From an uncultured Bacilli bacterium (GTDB lineage: Bacteria; Bacillota_I; Bacilli_A; RF39; UBA660): 64,000 bases of DNA. The notes beneath the pieces were generated by a model, which ran no database searches, was not told where the DNA came from, and saw only the letters and a list, made by a program, of their open reading frames with translations. The stretch spans positions 75,426-139,425 of the forward strand of contig CAKPFG010000001.1 of assembly GCA_934153675.1 (NCBI GenBank), in the 5' to 3' direction. The translations under genes were made by a program, and so were the position numbers. Every line of letters begins with the position of its first letter. Positions within the stretch are counted from its first letter, which is position 1. This document shows positions 59,479 to 64,000 of the stretch, one piece after another.

Positions 59479-60477
59479 ATGATAAAAAAAAGAATTGAAT
59501 GGATAGATGTTGCAAAAGGTATAACTATAATTTTTATGATTATCGGTCATACTTCAACTTTACCACGACAATTAATTCCATTAATTTATTCTTTTCATAT
59601 GCCTTTATTTATTATTTTATCAGGAATGACCTATAAGATACCACAAAATAAATCTGATATTAAAAAGAATATTAAAAAAAATATTAAAAAATTATTGATA
59701 CCATATTTTATAGTAATTTTGATATGTATTTTTATTCAATTTCTAAAAAATAATAGTTTATTTAATTTTGAATTATTGATAAAAGAGATTGTTAAACAGT
59801 TTTTATGGGGAAACGGTTGTTCTTATATATTTTTGGGGCATAACTTTAATGGTGTTGGACCTATTTGGTTTTTAATTACATTATTTTTTAGCAAGATATT
59901 ATTTGATTATATTAATTTAAATTTAAAAAATAATTATAATAGAATGATTATATTTAGTTTTATTTTATTATTAGGAATAGAAATAGGGGCACTATATTGG
60001 TTGCCACAAGGATTTGATTTAGTTTTTGTCTTTGTCTTTTACTTATATATTGGGTATTGGTATCAAAATGAATTTAAAAAAATTAAAGTAAATAAAACAA
60101 CATGTTTTATCGCTATGTTTTTAATTTGGACAATTTGTTTAGGTTTTAAATTTAATATTGAAATTGCTATGAGAAGTTATCCATATGGATTATTATGCAT
60201 TTTGCAGTCTTTGAGTGCATCTTATTGTATTATTGAATTATGTAAATTTTTCACTAATATAGATATTTTAAAAAAGCTTTTTTCTAATATTGGAAAATTA
60301 ACTTTAATTATATTATGTATTCATTCAATTGAACAATGCTTAATCGAATGGAAAAATTATGAAATAAATGTATTTATAGTTTGTGTATTTAGAGTTGTTT
60401 TATGTATATTATTATCATTCTTATTTAATTATGTTAAAAATATAATTGCTAGGCATTTGAAAAAATGTAAATTATAA
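59479..60477 (+). CDS. Acyltransferase-3 family membrane O-acyltransferase
   Basis: RIEWIDVAKGITIIFMIIGHTS N-terminus and 10 TMs typical of Acyl_transf_3 (OatA/WecH-like). Confidence 0.75.
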   Translation: MIKKRIEWIDVAKGITIIFMIIGHTSTLPRQLIPLIYSFHMPLFIILSGMTYKIPQNKSDIKKNIKKNIKKLLIPYFIVILICIFIQFLKNNSLFNFELLIKEIVKQFLWGNGCSYIFLGHNFNGVGPIWFLITLFFSKILFDYINLNLKNNYNRMIIFSFILLLGIEIGALYWLPQGFDLVFVFVFYLYIGYWYQNEFKKIKVNKTTCFIAMFLIWTICLGFKFNIEIAMRSYPYGLLCILQSLSASYCIIELCKFFTNIDILKKLFSNIGKLTLIILCIHSIEQCLIEWKNYEINVFIVCVFRVVLCILLSFLFNYVKNIIARHLKKCKL

Positions 60478-60563
60478 AATAACTGAAAGAATAGATGAAA
60501 TATATATTAATGTTATAATAATCTAATATTAAAAAGAAAAATTTTAATTGTGAAAAATAAATT

Positions 60564-60592
60564 TGACAAAATAGAAAATAAATGATAATATT
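60564..60592 (+). promoter_or_regulatory. Sigma-A-like promoter upstream of the ORF-free GC-enriched segment (ttgaca - 17 nt - taatat with upstream tg)
   Basis: TTGACA at 60564-60569; aaatgaTAATAT at 60581-60592. Confidence 0.35.
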
Positions 60593-60599
60593 TAGTTTG

Positions 60600-61202
60600 T
60601 AATGGCACATTATTCTAGTCAATTACATTTATTATGAAGACGGGATTAAAAAACCGTACATTAGCACATCTGTGAAGCTTTTGGTGCTTGCTTCTTACGC
60701 CCAGTTTGGGGTGGGTGCTGGAAGAATTAATGTTGGGCGCTCGTAATGGCATACGATTCCGACCCACCATTTATTTGAGACCTTTCTTTGTGTTTGGCCT
60801 ATACGTGTATACTGATGGACCGGATACGAACAAGGATTAAACCTATTTGTGGCGAAAGTTATGAATAGTGTAGCTTGCCTTGAGTGATATATGGGGATTA
60901 ACGTATAGTTGATATTATCTAGCTAATAATTGTAACTGTTATGAAACATTTATTGCAAAAGAGACTAATAATAAATGATTGTAGAGGAAAACTCCTAGAG
61001 TGACATTAATATAGGATTACAGTACGTACTAAGTGGTAATCAAGTCATATATCTGGCAACACTATATCTTATTCTTTAAAGGGGAACCACTTATTGGTAA
61101 CGATAAGTAGAATATGGGGAAATCCAACTTGACCTAAGACGTAAAGTTAACTTTATTAATTGCCATATAGAAGTATAAAAAGGTCTAAGACCTTTTTATT
61201 TT
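60600..61202 (+). ncRNA. Candidate large structured ncRNA (~600 nt), OLE-like
   Basis: ~40% GC versus ~25% for flanking DNA. Stops in all six frames (only a 63-aa antisense ORF nearby). Multiple local and long-range complementarities (ggtgggt 60706-12 with acccacc 60763-69; cttat-tggtaacga-taag hairpin). Bounded by the promoter above and an intrinsic terminator at 61177-61202. Followed by a small 4-TM protein gene. Confidence 0.4.
61177..61202 (+). terminator. Intrinsic terminator at the 3' end of the candidate ncRNA
   Basis: aaaaaggtc-taa-gaccttttt hairpin followed by tattttat. Confidence 0.6.
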
Positions 61203-61586
61203 ATAAGAAGAAGGTTGAAAATAAAAATATCAGTTAAGGCATTAGCAATATTGACATTAGAAACTAACTAATCGCTGCAACTAATTAAATCTTCAGTAAA
61301 AGTATTAAATGATTTAGTTTGATAATCAGTTATATCTCTATCATTGGTTTTAAATATTAACAACAATAGTTTTTTTGTGAACATCAATACTTGCACAATC
61401 TTGGTAAACAATTTTAAGCATACAAAAATACTAAAGCAAAAGATAAAAATATTCACCACTCACCTCTACGTGCTTTTGTAGTATGCCTAATAACAGTTTA
61501 CTATTATATCAAAAAAATAATTATTTTAATTACAATGTGTGCCTTTCAGAGGACTGAAAGGACGAAGAAAGGAATGTTTGTTAAAA

Positions 61587-62111
61587 ATGAAAAATAATTA
61601 TAAATGGATTTTAAAAATATCATTAATTGCCCTTTTTTTGTCTATCTTTTTTACTTTTTTGGCAAATACAGTTATTTCTAATGTATCAATTATCTTAGGA
61701 ATAGTTATAACTGTATTTATAATAATTATTGGAATAATATTTGATATGATTGGTGTAGCCATTGCTTCTGTAAGCCCGTCACCATTTCATTCTATGGCAT
61801 CAAAGAAAAAAAGCGGAGCAAAAATGGCTTTGAAATTGATAAAAAACAAGGATAAAGTATCATCTTTTTGTTGTGATGTAGTAGGTGATATTTGTGGAAT
61901 TATTTCAGGTTCTACTGGTACAGTAATAATTGCAAGTATTGTGTCAAATTTAAAATGTAATGAACTTCTTATATCACTTATTGTAATAAGTTTAATTTCT
62001 AGTTTAACAATTGCAGGTAAAGCTTGTGAAAAAAAATTTGCTATGAACAAAAGTGTTAAAATTATATATACATTTGCAAAAATATTAAGTATATTTGAAA
62101 AGAAAAATTAA
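61587..62111 (+). CDS. Small four-TM membrane protein, candidate OapA-like partner of the upstream ncRNA
   Basis: ~175 aa (ORF open from 61539). Four hydrophobic helices with a basic loop SKKKSGAKMALKLIKNKDK and a CCDVVGDICG motif. Confidence 0.45.
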   Translation: MKNNYKWILKISLIALFLSIFFTFLANTVISNVSIILGIVITVFIIIIGIIFDMIGVAIASVSPSPFHSMASKKKSGAKMALKLIKNKDKVSSFCCDVVGDICGIISGSTGTVIIASIVSNLKCNELLISLIVISLISSLTIAGKACEKKFAMNKSVKIIYTFAKILSIFEKKN

Positions 62112-62416
62112 TTAACAATAATATTAAAATTATTAAGATGATAATGCAAATTTGAATAAAAAATTAAGTTATTTCTTTTGCAATAATACTAAAAAATTAT
62201 GATCCTTATATTATCGTGTAAACTGTTTTATGTTATACTTATCTTAGAATAAGAGGTGTGTCTTTATGAAAAGGAGTGTAATATTTCTAATTGTTTATTG
62301 ATAATAATTTTATTAGGATTAATAGTTATAGCATATGATAAAGGTATTTTGATAGCTTTTTAAAAAGGGATAATGAAATTAAGAAAAATAAAAACGCAAA
62401 GCAAAAAGAAGTATCA

Positions 62417-62626
62417 GTGAATGATTTAAATAATAAACTTAAAAAAATATTTGGAGGTATAGATTATCAAAATAATGATATTCCTTCTTATGAAATTGCA
62501 TTTGGTAAAATCAATGATTTAGCTGATCAAAATATTTATAAATTAGCAGATACAGGTTGTGGTGGCGTTTGTGATAGAACTATTCAGTATAAAATTATAA
62601 AGGCTCTAAAAAATGATATACAATAA
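62417..62626 (+). CDS. Small hypothetical protein (69 aa)
   Basis: ORF with a weak RBS; no recognisable domain. Confidence 0.25.
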   Translation: MNDLNNKLKKIFGGIDYQNNDIPSYEIAFGKINDLADQNIYKLADTGCGGVCDRTIQYKIIKALKNDIQ

Positions 62627-62898
62627 ATATTACCGTAGTTATTGCTTATCAAACTTGTGATACAAAAGAGTAAAATGGCAAGATGATATATATAACGTAT
62701 TTTATATTGATTTAACTGAACAAGTTTTGATTTTGATAAATATCTTGAAAAAATGGCGAAATTTATTTATACATTTAAGTTAGATAGTAATGACAATTAT
62801 AATTTGTGGAAATAAACAAAGTAAAATAAAAAAAAGAATACTATAAAGTATCTTTTTTTTTAATTTTATAGTATAATTATTTTACTTGATTGAGGTGA

Positions 62899-64000
<1,102 letters not shown>

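Noticed and set aside
60600-61202. Interpretation of the GC-enriched ORF-free segment as tmRNA, RNase P RNA, SRP RNA, 6S RNA or a tRNA cluster
   Set aside because: None of the diagnostic conserved strings (GGAAAGTCCGG of RNase P; the tmRNA T-arm with CCA end and tag reading frame; the SRP domain IV GGAA/AGCAG motifs; tRNA GTTCGA(A/T)TCC T-loops) are present, and the length (~600 nt) is wrong for these.
61268-61459. 63-aa minus-strand ORF between the candidate ncRNA terminator and the small membrane protein gene
   Set aside because: No RBS, partially overlaps promoter/leader sequence of the downstream gene, product has no features; likely spurious.

Overview
This is an AT-rich (about 25-27% GC) low-GC Firmicutes chromosomal segment using the standard genetic code, with most genes on the + strand. 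The contents, 5' to 3', are as follows. (i) Two tandem paralogous prepilin-like surface-protein genes with a DUF1566-like (C-type-lectin fold) C-terminus. Their last ~100 nt are locally GC-rich and differ from each other almost only at codon positions 1-2 of NNC/NNT codons. That is the signature of diversity-generating retroelement (DGR) variable regions. No template repeat or reverse transcriptase is visible in this window. (ii) An accessory island (~2.2-11.4 kb) holding a frameshifted gene, a hypothetical gene, a 1352-aa protein with a C-terminal HD phosphohydrolase domain, a tiny ORF, a DUF488 protein, a dTMP-kinase-like P-loop kinase and a coiled-coil protein. (iii) A housekeeping block: def, a SEDS protein (FtsW/RodA family), rpsO-pnp, HIT, sufC-sufD(short)-sufS, trmB, a lipoprotein, DUF948/YtxH-like, a degenerate GGDEF protein, recX, a PrsA-like PPIase, an AMP-binding enzyme, a hybrid histidine-kinase-like protein lacking the phospho-His, a second cysteine desulfurase with thioredoxin and a Trx-CcdA-like fusion, glyA-folD, an SNase-like nuclease, ylbD/ylbE-like genes and rsmD. 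(iv) A secreted glucosaminidase-like protein with a cadherin-like beta-sandwich and a C-terminal dockerin, followed by a membrane-anchored cadherin-like surface protein. (v) A ~16.5-kb Wzx/Wzy-type cell-wall polysaccharide locus: tagO/wecA-like initiating transferase, glf, GT2 and GT4 transferases, flippase, a Wzy-GT4 fusion, a split Alg14/Alg13-like pair with Alg13 fused to a large membrane domain, a GtrB-like/GT-C-like pair, ugd and an acyltransferase. (vi) A ~600-nt GC-enriched, ORF-free segment bracketed by a sigma-A-like promoter and an intrinsic terminator and followed by a small 4-TM protein. This is a candidate OLE-like large ncRNA with an OapA-like partner. (vii) The 5' part of obg. 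Three tiny YjcZ-family genes (below the ORF-track cutoff) and ylbD/ylbE homologues point to a spore-forming Clostridia/Bacilli-type organism. No rRNA, tRNA, CRISPR array, transposase or integrase was recognised.
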